From Planctomycetota bacterium (GTDB lineage Bacteria > Planctomycetota > Planctomycetia > Planctomycetales > Planctomycetaceae), in NCBI GenBank assembly GCA_043743415.1, contig JAYTWO010000074.1:1-51555 (forward strand): a stretch of 51,555 nucleotides of DNA. Reading direction: 5' to 3'. Of this stretch, positions 1 through 8,442 are shown piece after piece. A program made the translations under genes and the position numbers. The notes below the pieces were generated by a model. The model was not told the origin of the DNA, ran no database searches, and saw only the letters and a list, made by a program, of their open reading frames with translations. Within the stretch, counting starts at the first letter, position 1, and each line of letters starts with the position of its first letter.

Positions 1-17
1 ACACACGGGCCGGGCCC

Positions 18-46
18 AACCCCATTCTTCGCGTTGACAAGGCACT
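18..46 (+). repeat. Copy A of a recurring ~30-nt motif (AACCCC..N..TTGACAAGGCACT)
   Basis: Aligns with 5479-5510 and 28406-28437 and, inverted, with 24903-24933. The core TTGACRRGGCAC is shared. Confidence 0.5.
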
Positions 47-124
47 CGCCAATGATCCATCAATGCCGCATTCGGATGCCAGAGCGAGGTTGCTCAGGAT
101 CGACATGAAATGTCCTGGAACCAT

Positions 125-156
125 GAAAAAAGCCCAGTGGTGGCCACCACTGAGCT
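125..156 (-). terminator. Intrinsic-terminator-like hairpin downstream of the SDR gene
   Basis: Near-perfect palindrome AGCCCAGTGGTGG/CCACCACTGAGCT (131-156). On the minus strand it is followed by a T-run (complement of A126-A131). It lies 28 nt past the stop codon at 184-186. Confidence 0.55.
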
Positions 157-183
157 TTCAAGCGTCACACGGAAAGCACTGGA

Positions 184-1332
184 TCAGACGCCTGCCTTGG
201 CGGGCATGACATCCACCACCGGGTCTTTCCAACTGAACTTATTCACGATCGCCACACGAGTCAGATGCCGCAGCATCGCGCGATCGACCATCGGACACGG
301 CAGGTGCGGGGCAGCCGTCTGGGTGTTGGTGGTGTCGAACTGAGGGTCTTCGCGCCAATAGGAGTTGTAGACCTCCATGTGCTGGAAGAACATGTCTTCG
401 TTCTCGGACGAGTCGGTCCGACGATCCCCAGCTCCGTAGAACTCGACGCCGTAGAACCCGACCTCCGCTTCGAGAACATCGCGGATCAACCGCATCGTGA
501 TCGGCACACGCGGGGTCAGGTGGTAGGTCTTCCCGTGGTGCTGCGGCTGGCTGACGATGTGGGCCATCACCGCCGACACCCAGTCGACCGGCACGAGGTG
601 CTTCCGCTCGTTCCCGTTCATGTTGAAGTGGACTTCGTTGGCGACCGCCAGCCCAGTTTCGTCCTTGACGGTCTTGTGATCGGCCAGCGACTTGGCGAGG
701 TTCACCGCCACGTAAAAGTTGTGGTAGGTCGTGGTCATCCCGGTGACGCTGTCGCCGATGATGATCCCTGGACGGAAGAACGTCACCGAGTCGAAGGCGT
801 TCGACTCGCGGACGACCTTCTCGGCTTCGACCTTACTCTCTTCGTAACAGTTGCCGAATTCCTGACCGACATCCAGTTCATTCTCGTAGGCTTTGCCCAA
901 CCGCTTCCCGGCCACGTACGCCGTCGACACATGAAAGAACTGGCGGATGCCCGCCTGACGGCAGAACTCGATCGCGTTCTGTGTCCCGCCGACATTCGAC
1001 CGCCACGGCTCGGCGTCGCGACCGGTCGTCACGAACGACAGACTCGCCGCGTTGTGCAGCATCCCCGTGCAGTTCTCCGCTGCCCACTTGATCTGGGCCG
1101 GGCTGAGGCCGAAATCCGGCAACGAGATGTCCCCCGCCAAGACCACCGGACGCGGCAGCTTGCGACCGAGCTGTTGCTCCCAGTAGCGCATGGCGGCTTC
1201 GATGCGGAGTTCGGGTGCCTTGCGACGGCTGGGGCGGACGAGGACGGCGAGCTTGACGCCCTTTTCCATCAAGTCCCGCATCAGGTAACGCCCGAGCAAA
1301 CCCGTGGCACCGGTCAGGAGGAGATGACCCAT
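184..1332 (-). CDS. SDR-family NAD(P)-dependent reductase/epimerase (thioester-reductase / fatty-acyl-reductase-like)
   Basis: From ORF 184..1497(-). I chose the internal ATG at 1332 so the protein begins MGHLLLTGATGLLGRYL (Rossmann GxxGxxG). It has a YxxxK motif (YEESK) and an extended C-terminal domain typical of NAD_binding_4-type reductases. Confidence 0.8.
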   Translation of the reverse strand: MGHLLLTGATGLLGRYLMRDLMEKGVKLAVLVRPSRRKAPELRIEAAMRYWEQQLGRKLPRPVVLAGDISLPDFGLSPAQIKWAAENCTGMLHNAASLSFVTTGRDAEPWRSNVGGTQNAIEFCRQAGIRQFFHVSTAYVAGKRLGKAYENELDVGQEFGNCYEESKVEAEKVVRESNAFDSVTFFRPGIIIGDSVTGMTTTYHNFYVAVNLAKSLADHKTVKDETGLAVANEVHFNMNGNERKHLVPVDWVSAVMAHIVSQPQHHGKTYHLTPRVPITMRLIRDVLEAEVGFYGVEFYGAGDRRTDSSENEDMFFQHMEVYNSYWREDPQFDTTNTQTAAPHLPCPMVDRAMLRHLTRVAIVNKFSWKDPVVDVMPAKAGV

Positions 1333-2161
1333 CGAACACTCTTTCTGGTTGAACATTGGTCGGTGTGTATGGTTACCGCGAGCCACAGATCCGCACGTCA
1401 GGCCAGCCCGACAGCGTACGTTTGACACGGCGACACACCGCTTTTCCGGAAACCTCAGCCCCCAGTCACCGTCGACTGGAGTACTGCACGGAACCATCGT
1501 GGTGGGGAAGAGGGAGTCATACCCTCAGAGAAGTCTCGAACATCCGGTCAAACCTGCATCGTGAGGCCGCACTGGCTCTCAGGGACAATCCGCTCACAGC
1601 GACCCGACCGGAGTGGGTACTCCGGGATGACACAGGCGAGGAGTCCTTCCTCATGCCAGCAGATTCGGGGCAATCCCCCATCACTGCTAGAACCGTCCAT
1701 GATACTGGGAATCGCGACCGCACTCAATTGGGAATCCTGCTCTGTAGACGAGATCCGGGAAGGAACAGGCGGCGAACCTTCGGTCCGTTTCAAACTTCCC
1801 AGATTCGCCAGCCTTCGAATCCACCCGACGCATCAGCTACAACCGATGCAGCCCGCAGCTTGGTAATGCATCCATCGGCATTTCTGGCCGGAGGCATTCA
1901 AGCCGATGGGGAAATTCCCCGATCTGGGGACCACTCCCCCGTGTGGTTGTGCGGGCTTTCCGGATCGGTTGTGTTCTCCGAATTCTTGGGATTCGAGGGG
2001 AACTTTGGCGGGAGAAGGTCGCAGCCTTGAAAGCGACCGCCTCCCCACTGCACAATGGAGGTTCCCCTCCTGACAATCGAGGGGCGGATCGCAGTGTGCC
2101 TGGCCACCCTCTTTGACCGAGGGGCACAGCGGGCTCATCCAGTGGTTGCAGAGAGAATGCC

Positions 2162-3736
2162 ATGAACCTGACCCCCGAACAGCAGAAAATTGGGAAGCAG
2201 AGTTTTTCGGACGCTGTGGGCCTGACCCGTCGCGACCTGCTCAAGGGCGTTGCCGCCGGATCCACCGGCCTGGGGGCGATGTACTTCGGCTATCAGGAGT
2301 TGAAGGGGGCCCCGCTTAAGGTCGCCTTCATCGGCACCGGGGATGAGGGGAACATCCTCATGACCCAGCATCCGACGGCGTACATGGAGGTGGTCGCTGT
2401 GGCGGACTTGCGTCCGATGAACCTCATTCGGGCCATGGAAGGGGATGGCAACGACGACCGCATCGGGCTCGTGCGGAAGCTCGGCGCAGCGGCTGCGGGC
2501 AAGGTCAAACTGTACGACTCGCACAAGGCACTCCTGGCTGCCAAGGACGAACTCGGCCTGGAGGCGGTCATCATCGCCGTGCCGCTGAGCCAGCATGAGC
2601 CGGTGGCCAAGGCGTGCCTCGAAGCGGGGCTGCATGTGCTCTGTGAAAAACTGATGGCTCGCACGATCACCCAGTGCAAGTCGCTGATCCGGCTGGCCCG
2701 CGACAAGAACCTCGTGCTGACGGTCGGACACCAGCGGCACTACAGCGTACTCTACGACAACTCGGCGAACCTCGTCCGCAGCGGGCTGCTCGGAGACATC
2801 AAGCACATCCGAGCTCAGTGGCACCGCAACAACAGCTTCCCGAACTCCGATCAGTGGCGAAAGTCGACCGACGCCAAGGCCAAGGTCGACATCGCAGCTC
2901 TGTCGAAAATCGACTTGAAGGAGTTCGGCTACACCTCGCCGGAGCAGTTGATCGACTGGAAGTTGTACAACACGACCGGCGGCGGGTTGATGGCCGAACT
3001 CGGCAGCCACCAGATGGACGCTTGCAGCATTTTCCTAGGCAAGGTCCACCCGCTGGCAGTGCAGGGCTTCGGCGGTAAGAACTTCTACGGCGTGCCGGGA
3101 GTTGGTTCAGCCGACAAGCAGAAGGACGACCGCCAGATCAACGACCATGTCTATGTGACCTACGAGTTTCCCGGTCGAAACTACGATCAGGCCCCGGAAG
3201 ACCTCGCCATCGTCACCTACTCCTCGATCAGCACGAACAAGTTCGAGCCTTACGGCGAGACCGTCTTCGGCAGCCGGGGCACGCTGATCGTCAAGACCGA
3301 AAAGGAAGCGCAGCTCTACAAGGAAGAGGGCAAGGGCAGCGACGGCGGTGGGCCGGATCAGCGGCTGTGGGTGGTGAATAGTGCGGTCTCTGGTGGACCG
3401 GTCCTCAGTGCCTACGAGACCAATTCCGGACCGGCCAAGTCGTCCGGCGGCAGCGACTGGTCGACCAATATCAGCCGGGGCTACACCGAGGAGATGGAGC
3501 ATTTCGCCTACGCGATCCGCAACTACGGCCCGTCCTACTACGACAAGGACGGCAAGATGCTCCCTGCCAGCGAGGGCGGCCTGCGCTGCCCCGGCACGGT
3601 CGCGATGGCCGACGCCATCATGGCCCTGACCGCGAATCTGGCGATGGACAAGAAGAAGCGGATCGAGTTCAAGGACGAGTGGTTCGACCCCAACAGCGAC
3701 GCCGTGCCGGAAACCGATGAACAGGTCGTCGGCTAA
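2162..3736 (+). CDS. Gfo/Idh/MocA-family oxidoreductase with twin-arginine (TAT) signal
   Basis: ATG at 2162. N-terminal [17 protein letters not shown] twin-arginine signal, followed by the [11 protein letters not shown] Rossmann strand. 524 aa. Confidence 0.9.
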   Translation: MNLTPEQQKIGKQSFSDAVGLTRRDLLKGVAAGSTGLGAMYFGYQELKGAPLKVAFIGTGDEGNILMTQHPTAYMEVVAVADLRPMNLIRAMEGDGNDDRIGLVRKLGAAAAGKVKLYDSHKALLAAKDELGLEAVIIAVPLSQHEPVAKACLEAGLHVLCEKLMARTITQCKSLIRLARDKNLVLTVGHQRHYSVLYDNSANLVRSGLLGDIKHIRAQWHRNNSFPNSDQWRKSTDAKAKVDIAALSKIDLKEFGYTSPEQLIDWKLYNTTGGGLMAELGSHQMDACSIFLGKVHPLAVQGFGGKNFYGVPGVGSADKQKDDRQINDHVYVTYEFPGRNYDQAPEDLAIVTYSSISTNKFEPYGETVFGSRGTLIVKTEKEAQLYKEEGKGSDGGGPDQRLWVVNSAVSGGPVLSAYETNSGPAKSSGGSDWSTNISRGYTEEMEHFAYAIRNYGPSYYDKDGKMLPASEGGLRCPGTVAMADAIMALTANLAMDKKKRIEFKDEWFDPNSDAVPETDEQVVG

Positions 3737-3747
3737 CGGCGAGCGTG

Positions 3748-3769
3748 GGACGGGCCCCTTGGCCCGTCC
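3748..3769. repeat. GGACGGGCC/GGCCCGTCC hairpin just after the oxidoreductase stop
   Basis: 9-bp perfect stem with loop CCTT. Same GGACGGGC core as the palindrome array at 41408-41490. Confidence 0.6.
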
Positions 3770-3770
3770 G

Positions 3771-3832
3771 CGTGGGATAGGCTTCCAGCCTGTCATCTTC
3801 TGACTTTCGACAGGCTGGAAGCCTATCCCACG
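3771..3832. repeat. REP-like palindromic repeat, family 1 (CGTGGGATAGGCTTCCAGCCTGTC arms)
   Basis: Two perfect 24-nt inverted arms (3771-3794 and 3809-3832) around a 14-nt loop. The same arms recur at 18041-18131 and 21870-21962. Confidence 0.9.
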
Positions 3833-3841
3833 GCGCGTTTC

Positions 3842-5377
3842 ATGGACCGCTCCCCGATCTCCCGTCCGCGCATCGTTCGCTCGCTCCTGGCAGTGTCGGG
3901 GACATTCGCGTGGCTCTGCGCGGCAGTCACGATTCGGCAGGGGCTCTTGCTCGCCAGCCAGTCCCCGCTCCTGTGGGGAGTGGCCGTTCTCGGCCTCCTC
4001 GCGGGCATCGCCGCATGGGGAATAGCCCTCCGAGTCAGTGACTCCTGGATTGAAGCCCGACGGGCTCACCTCGCCGAGTTCTTGAACCGCACGGGAGAGG
4101 CTCCCGGGATCGCCACTGGCCACCGAGCCGGGGTGGCGCTCATCTTGTTCGGCGTGTTGCTGTTCGCCGTGAACACCTACTGGGTCTCGCAGCACCAGGA
4201 CACGCCAGACGACGACGACCAAGCTGCCTTCTTGAGGGATGCTCGCGAGATTCACGACCACGGCGGATGGACTGGCCTGTGGCGGGATCTGTGGAGCGGT
4301 CGGTTCGAGGAGGCTAACCGGCACCCGTTGCTGCCCGCCCTCTTGTCTTTGAATCCGACCCTGCCCTTCGGACGGGGAGTCACCGGTCTGCTCGCGTTGC
4401 TCTCGATGGGAGTCGTGTTGCCTCTCGTCTGGCGGAGGATGGGGCCGCTGACCGCCGGAGTCTTGGCCGTCTTACTCGGCACCAACGGCGCGTGGCTGTA
4501 TCACGCCCCGCGCGTGGTGTGCGAGTCGCTGCTAACCGGCCTCGCGGGGGGCGCCTGGTTGGCGATGATGTCATCCCATCGAGACACTCCGACCCTCACC
4601 CCTCACCCCTCATCGCTCGACCCGGAACGGGCCATCTTGATCGGCGCCCTGTTGGGACTCACCTACCTCACCAAGGGGACCGGTCTACTGCTTCTCGCGG
4701 GAGCCACACTGGCGTCTGGCATCCTCGGTGCATGGCACCGGAACGAACGACGCCGAGGGACTGTCTCCACGATCGCGCTAGTCCTCGCGTTCCTCATCAC
4801 CGCCTCCCCGCTGCTGGTTCGCAACCAGATCCGGTTCGGATCGGCGACTTATAACGTCAACTCGTACCTGTTGTGGGTCGATGCGTTCGAATCCCCGAAC
4901 GCGATGGCAGAGCGGATGACTGTGCAAGAGGCCCGAACGGAGTACCTCGCCACGCACTCAGCGACCGACCTGATCCAGCGCGAGGCCACCGGACTCGCCT
5001 GGGAGGCATTCATTGGCCTCCGCACGCTCGGCCCCGCGCCCTGGAGCGACGCCCGCGTGCTGCTGGGTCTGCCGCTCTTCGCCCTGGGTCTGCTGGGCCT
5101 CTGTCACACGCCAAAGCTGCCAGCGCTGGTGCTGATCTCATGGACCGGCATTGTGTGGGTCATGATGGCCTGGTACGTCCCGATCGCAGCTGGGGACCGG
5201 TTCATGATGCCGCTGCTGATCCCCTGGCTGGCTCTGTCGGCTAACGGACTGGTGCGGGTTCTCTCGTTGACCAGCGACCCGCGTACAGCCTCCCGGCGAA
5301 TCGTGTTTGCGGCCATGCTGTGGGGAGTCGTGACCACCGTGCTCGTCTGGACTCGCAGCGACCTCTGGGCTTGTTGA
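3842..5377 (+). CDS. Polytopic membrane protein, GT-C-type (ArnT/PMT-like) glycosyltransferase candidate
   Basis: 511 aa with many hydrophobic helices. The acidic periplasmic loop DDDDQAAFLRDAREIHDHGGW, followed by NRHPLLPALL, resembles GT39/GT83-like enzymes. The function is inferred only. Confidence 0.65.
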   Translation: MDRSPISRPRIVRSLLAVSGTFAWLCAAVTIRQGLLLASQSPLLWGVAVLGLLAGIAAWGIALRVSDSWIEARRAHLAEFLNRTGEAPGIATGHRAGVALILFGVLLFAVNTYWVSQHQDTPDDDDQAAFLRDAREIHDHGGWTGLWRDLWSGRFEEANRHPLLPALLSLNPTLPFGRGVTGLLALLSMGVVLPLVWRRMGPLTAGVLAVLLGTNGAWLYHAPRVVCESLLTGLAGGAWLAMMSSHRDTPTLTPHPSSLDPERAILIGALLGLTYLTKGTGLLLLAGATLASGILGAWHRNERRRGTVSTIALVLAFLITASPLLVRNQIRFGSATYNVNSYLLWVDAFESPNAMAERMTVQEARTEYLATHSATDLIQREATGLAWEAFIGLRTLGPAPWSDARVLLGLPLFALGLLGLCHTPKLPALVLISWTGIVWVMMAWYVPIAAGDRFMMPLLIPWLALSANGLVRVLSLTSDPRTASRRIVFAAMLWGVVTTVLVWTRSDLWAC

Positions 5378-5478
5378 GGGATCGGCCAATCCGGACTCCC
5401 CCGCCGGTGTGTGCGTCCCGTTTTTCGATGGCGAACACCGACCGGAAGGGCGAGGCTCCTCCCGAACGGTCTTGGCTC

Positions 5479-5510
5479 AACCCCAATCCCTGGCATTGAC
5501 AAGGCACTGG
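5479..5510 (+). repeat. Copy B of the recurring ~30-nt motif (AACCCCAATCCCTGGCATTGACAAGGCACTGG)
   Basis: Lies in the convergent gap between the stops at 5377 and 5528. Aligns with copies A, C and D. Confidence 0.55.
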
Positions 5511-5527
5511 AAACCTCTCCCACGGGA

Positions 5528-6808
5528 TTATCCCTCACCCAGGACGGTATCCAATAGGTAACTCTCTGCCGACCGCAATCCCGGTTCCCAGTTCCCCTGG
5601 CACACGTTCGCTAAGGTCGATAGCGAGACGCCGATCAACACCAGCACCGTCACAATCACCTTGCCCACATCCTGCCCCTTGAGACTCCCGAGTTGGTCGG
5701 GATCACCGGAGAGGTAGGCCGACGCCGCGAAGAACTCCTCGCCGATCAGCGTGTAGTCGCACGCGGCGACGAAGAACGGGAGCTGGGCCGGTTGAGCGGT
5801 GCCGGCGATCTGAATCGCTCCGATGGCGTTGCCGGTCTCGGAGAGAATCAGCGACTCGGCGAAGAACGCCCCCAGGTAGAAGCACGCTGCGGGCTTCTCG
5901 CGGACCATGATCCCGGTCAGGTGCGAGACGTAGGCGAACTGCTCATCGGTGACGTAGTAGATGCGGTCTTCGTTGAAGGCATCTGGCCTCCCGGCTGCAT
6001 AAAACGCAGCTGCCACGGTCTCTCTCGCCGCGGTCATGACGAGTGAGCGGCTGGTGGGGACATCGAGTTCGCAGTCGTACTCGGCGGCTTTTTCAGCGAC
6101 GCGCCCGAGGATGGTCAGGCCCGCGATCGTTTGAATGTCGTTGATGTCCTGCACCCCCGGCACGAACAGGCACGCCTTGCCCATTTCGGTCGCGCGGCCC
6201 ACAGCGTCCTCGATGGCATCCAGTCCCGCGATCTTGCGAATCGTCAGTTTCACCCCCATGCGAGCGGCGATGACATACCCCACGACGGCTCCGCAGATGG
6301 CCGTCATCACAATGGCCAGCCACATCCGGCGGGCGTCGAACCACTGGCGGGTCGCGATGCCGGGCGATGCCAGGGGAGTTTCGGCAAATGATGACTGTTC
6401 GCCTGCGGGGTTGATGGCCACGACGCGGAACCAGTACGGCTTGCCGCTGGTCCGCCCGGCGATGGGGATCTTCAGTTCCGGAGGATCAAGACTCTCCGGC
6501 CTTTGGACCCATTGCCCGCTCCCTTTGGCCCGAGCCACCTCTGTGTACTCCCCGTGATACTCACCGGACACGTGAACGACGTACTCAAACGCAGCCTGAC
6601 GATCGTTGTCCGGTAAATCATCGGGCGACGGACTAAATCGGATATCGAGAACACTGCCCCCATCGATCGGGTGATCGGCCACGGTCACATGACGCGGCGG
6701 CCGAGGTGCGGCGAGCGCATTCGCACACGCGGCGAGCAGCATGCCGATGACGAGTACGAGCCGCGTAGGGCACGTCGGGCCAGACCGACTGATCGCTTCC
6801 ATAGGCAT
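5528..6808 (-). CDS. Membrane protein with N-terminal FN3-like domain and C-terminal polytopic domain (function unknown)
   Basis: ATG at 6808 preceded by GGAGGTGA. Signal/TM segment, an FN3-like stretch (KPYWFRVVAINPAGEQSSF), then several TM helices. Confidence 0.75.
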   Translation of the reverse strand: MPMEAISRSGPTCPTRLVLVIGMLLAACANALAAPRPPRHVTVADHPIDGGSVLDIRFSPSPDDLPDNDRQAAFEYVVHVSGEYHGEYTEVARAKGSGQWVQRPESLDPPELKIPIAGRTSGKPYWFRVVAINPAGEQSSFAETPLASPGIATRQWFDARRMWLAIVMTAICGAVVGYVIAARMGVKLTIRKIAGLDAIEDAVGRATEMGKACLFVPGVQDINDIQTIAGLTILGRVAEKAAEYDCELDVPTSRSLVMTAARETVAAAFYAAGRPDAFNEDRIYYVTDEQFAYVSHLTGIMVREKPAACFYLGAFFAESLILSETGNAIGAIQIAGTAQPAQLPFFVAACDYTLIGEEFFAASAYLSGDPDQLGSLKGQDVGKVIVTVLVLIGVSLSTLANVCQGNWEPGLRSAESYLLDTVLGEG

Positions 6809-6847
6809 CGCTCACCTCCGTTTCTGGCATTCACGTTCTAGCGATTG

Positions 6848-6995
6848 TAGCTACCTTCGCCAGAAGGTGGGCGAACTGGCTGGTCGTTGGCGGGGTGGCC
6901 ACAGACTTCCGAAGTCTTCTGAGACTTCGGAAGTCTTTCCCCGTGTGCGGACGCCGGTTCCGGCCCCCCACGTTCTGGCGAACGTGGCTACGGCG
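6848..6995. repeat. ~150-bp hairpin-ended intergenic element (family 2), copy 1
   Basis: The ends GTAGCTACCTTCGCCAGAAGGTGGGCGA and CCCACGTTCTGGCGAACGTGGCTACGGCG are both hairpin-forming. The core is a double palindrome AGACTTCCGAAGTCT-TCTG-AGACTTCGGAAGTCT. An inverted copy lies at 45934-46084. The right-hand hairpin abuts the serS stop. Confidence 0.85.
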
Positions 6996-8268
6996 TGATG
7001 CGGTCCATCCCCATCCACTTCCGCAGCACCGGCGGCACGATGACGCTGCCGTCCGACTGCTGGTGATTCTCGATCACGGCGATCATGGCCCGCGTGCAGG
7101 CGACAGCGGTGCCGTTGAGGGTGTGGACGAACTGCGTCCCCTTCTTGTCGGGGACGCGGGTGCGGATGCCCAGGCGGCGCGACTGAAAGTCGGTGCAGTT
7201 CGACGCGCTGGTGATCTCGCCGTACTCGCCGGCTGTGCCGCGACCGGGCATCCAGGCTTCGAGGTCGTACTTGCGGAAGGCCGGTCCGCCGAGGTCGCCG
7301 GTGCAGATGTCGAGCACGCGGTACGGGACTTCGAGACCCTGGAAGATGTCCTCCTCGATCCGCACCACCATCTCGTGGAACTCATCCGAGGACTTCAGGT
7401 CCGGGGCGGTGAAGCCAAACATCTCGACCTTGGTGAACTGATGCACGCGGTAGATGCCGCGCGTGGCCTTGCCGTGGCCGCCCGCTTCGGTGCGGAAACA
7501 GTGCGAGATTCCGGCCACCTTCATCGGCAGCTTGGCGTAGTCGATGATCTCATCTCGCAGCATCCCGCCGAGCGTGATTTCGGCAGTCGCCACCAGCGAC
7601 AGATCGGTGTTGTGAATCGAATAGATCTGCGTCTCTGGTCCGCGCGGCATGTACCCCGTGCCGTGCAGCACCTCGTCTTTGGCCACGTCCGGCGTCGTGT
7701 AAATCGTGAACCCCTCGCTCCGCAGCTTCTCGACCGCGTAGTTCACGAGGGCCAATTCCAGCAGCGCCCCCGCGTTCTTGAGGAAGTAAAACCCGTGCCC
7801 GGCGACCTTGGTCCCGCCTTCCAGGTCGACCATGTCCAGCGACGCCATGAGCTCCACGTGGTCCTTCGGTTTGAAGTCGAACTGCCGCTTCGCACCCCAC
7901 TCGCGAGCGGTCACGCTCTCATGCTCCTCCCGACCGACGGGAGCGTCCGGGTGCGTCATGTTCGGGATCTGCATCTGCTCATTTCGCAGCTGCTCTTCGA
8001 CCGTGACGAGTTCGGCCTCGCCCTGCTGAATCAGCTCGCGGAGTTCCTTGCCGCGCGCGATGAGCCCCGGCTTATCAGCCGCCGGGGCCTTGGGGATTTG
8101 AGCCGAAAGCTCCTTCTGCTCGCACCGCAACTGGTCTCCGTGAAGAATCAACTGCCGCCGTCGCCCAGCCCACCCGACCAAAGCCGACAAATCAATCGGC
8201 ACGCCCCGGTTGCGGCAGTTGGCCTCGACAGCGTCACGGTTCTCACAGACGAATTGCAGATCAAGCAT
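6988..8268 (-). CDS. serS: Seryl-tRNA synthetase
   Basis: From ORF 6988..8343(-). I chose the ATG at 8268 (MLDLQFVCENRDAVEAN...). Class II motifs are present: FRTEAGGHGKATRGIYRVHQFTKVEMF and GRGTAGEYGEITSASNCTDFQSRRL. Confidence 0.97.
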   Translation of the reverse strand: MLDLQFVCENRDAVEANCRNRGVPIDLSALVGWAGRRRQLILHGDQLRCEQKELSAQIPKAPAADKPGLIARGKELRELIQQGEAELVTVEEQLRNEQMQIPNMTHPDAPVGREEHESVTAREWGAKRQFDFKPKDHVELMASLDMVDLEGGTKVAGHGFYFLKNAGALLELALVNYAVEKLRSEGFTIYTTPDVAKDEVLHGTGYMPRGPETQIYSIHNTDLSLVATAEITLGGMLRDEIIDYAKLPMKVAGISHCFRTEAGGHGKATRGIYRVHQFTKVEMFGFTAPDLKSSDEFHEMVVRIEEDIFQGLEVPYRVLDICTGDLGGPAFRKYDLEAWMPGRGTAGEYGEITSASNCTDFQSRRLGIRTRVPDKKGTQFVHTLNGTAVACTRAMIAVIENHQQSDGSVIVPPVLRKWMGMDRITP

Positions 8269-8395
8269 CGGGACCACTTCACAAGCCACAACACGGGAGC
8301 CGAGGCATCCATGTCCCCGGTATAGTGACGCATTTGAGAACAAGACGAACGGATTTACCAGTGGAAAGGGGAGCGTCTCGCGGGAACATGGGCAC

Positions 8396-8440
8396 GCTCC
8401 GCTTCAAAGACTTCGCGTCGCGGCTCAACGGGGGTGGCCT
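8396..8440. repeat. ~45-nt repeat family 5 (GCTCCGCTTYRAAGACTTCGCGTCGCGG...GTGGCCT), copy 1
   Basis: About 85% identical to 20078-20124. Both copies sit immediately next to a gene's 3' end. Confidence 0.75.
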
Positions 8441-8442
8441 GG

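Noticed and set aside
265-1425. Long antisense ORFs opposite real genes. Examples: 265..1425(+), 2135..3010(-), 3107..4324(-), 6895..8325(+), 10357..11505(+), 17127..17939(-), 19494..20234(-), 20315..21103(-), 26808..27623(+), 31066..32517(+), 34338..35192(+), 35628..36356(-), 43086..44297(+).
   Set aside because: Their Arg/Pro/Gly/Ala-rich, low-complexity translations have no motifs. Each lies opposite an ORF with clear family signatures. This is typical stop-codon depletion in high-GC DNA.
1805-1830. tRNA/tmRNA-like T-loop sequence CTTCGAATCCACC in the 1333-2161 gap.
   Set aside because: The flanking bases cannot form a T-stem (CAGCC versus CCACC), and no acceptor or anticodon arms are evident.
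5498-5530. The TTGACA in the recurring motif as a sigma-70 promoter.
   Set aside because: There is no consistently spaced -10 hexamer in the four copies, and three copies point into the 3' ends of convergent genes. I kept it as an unexplained motif rather than annotating a promoter.
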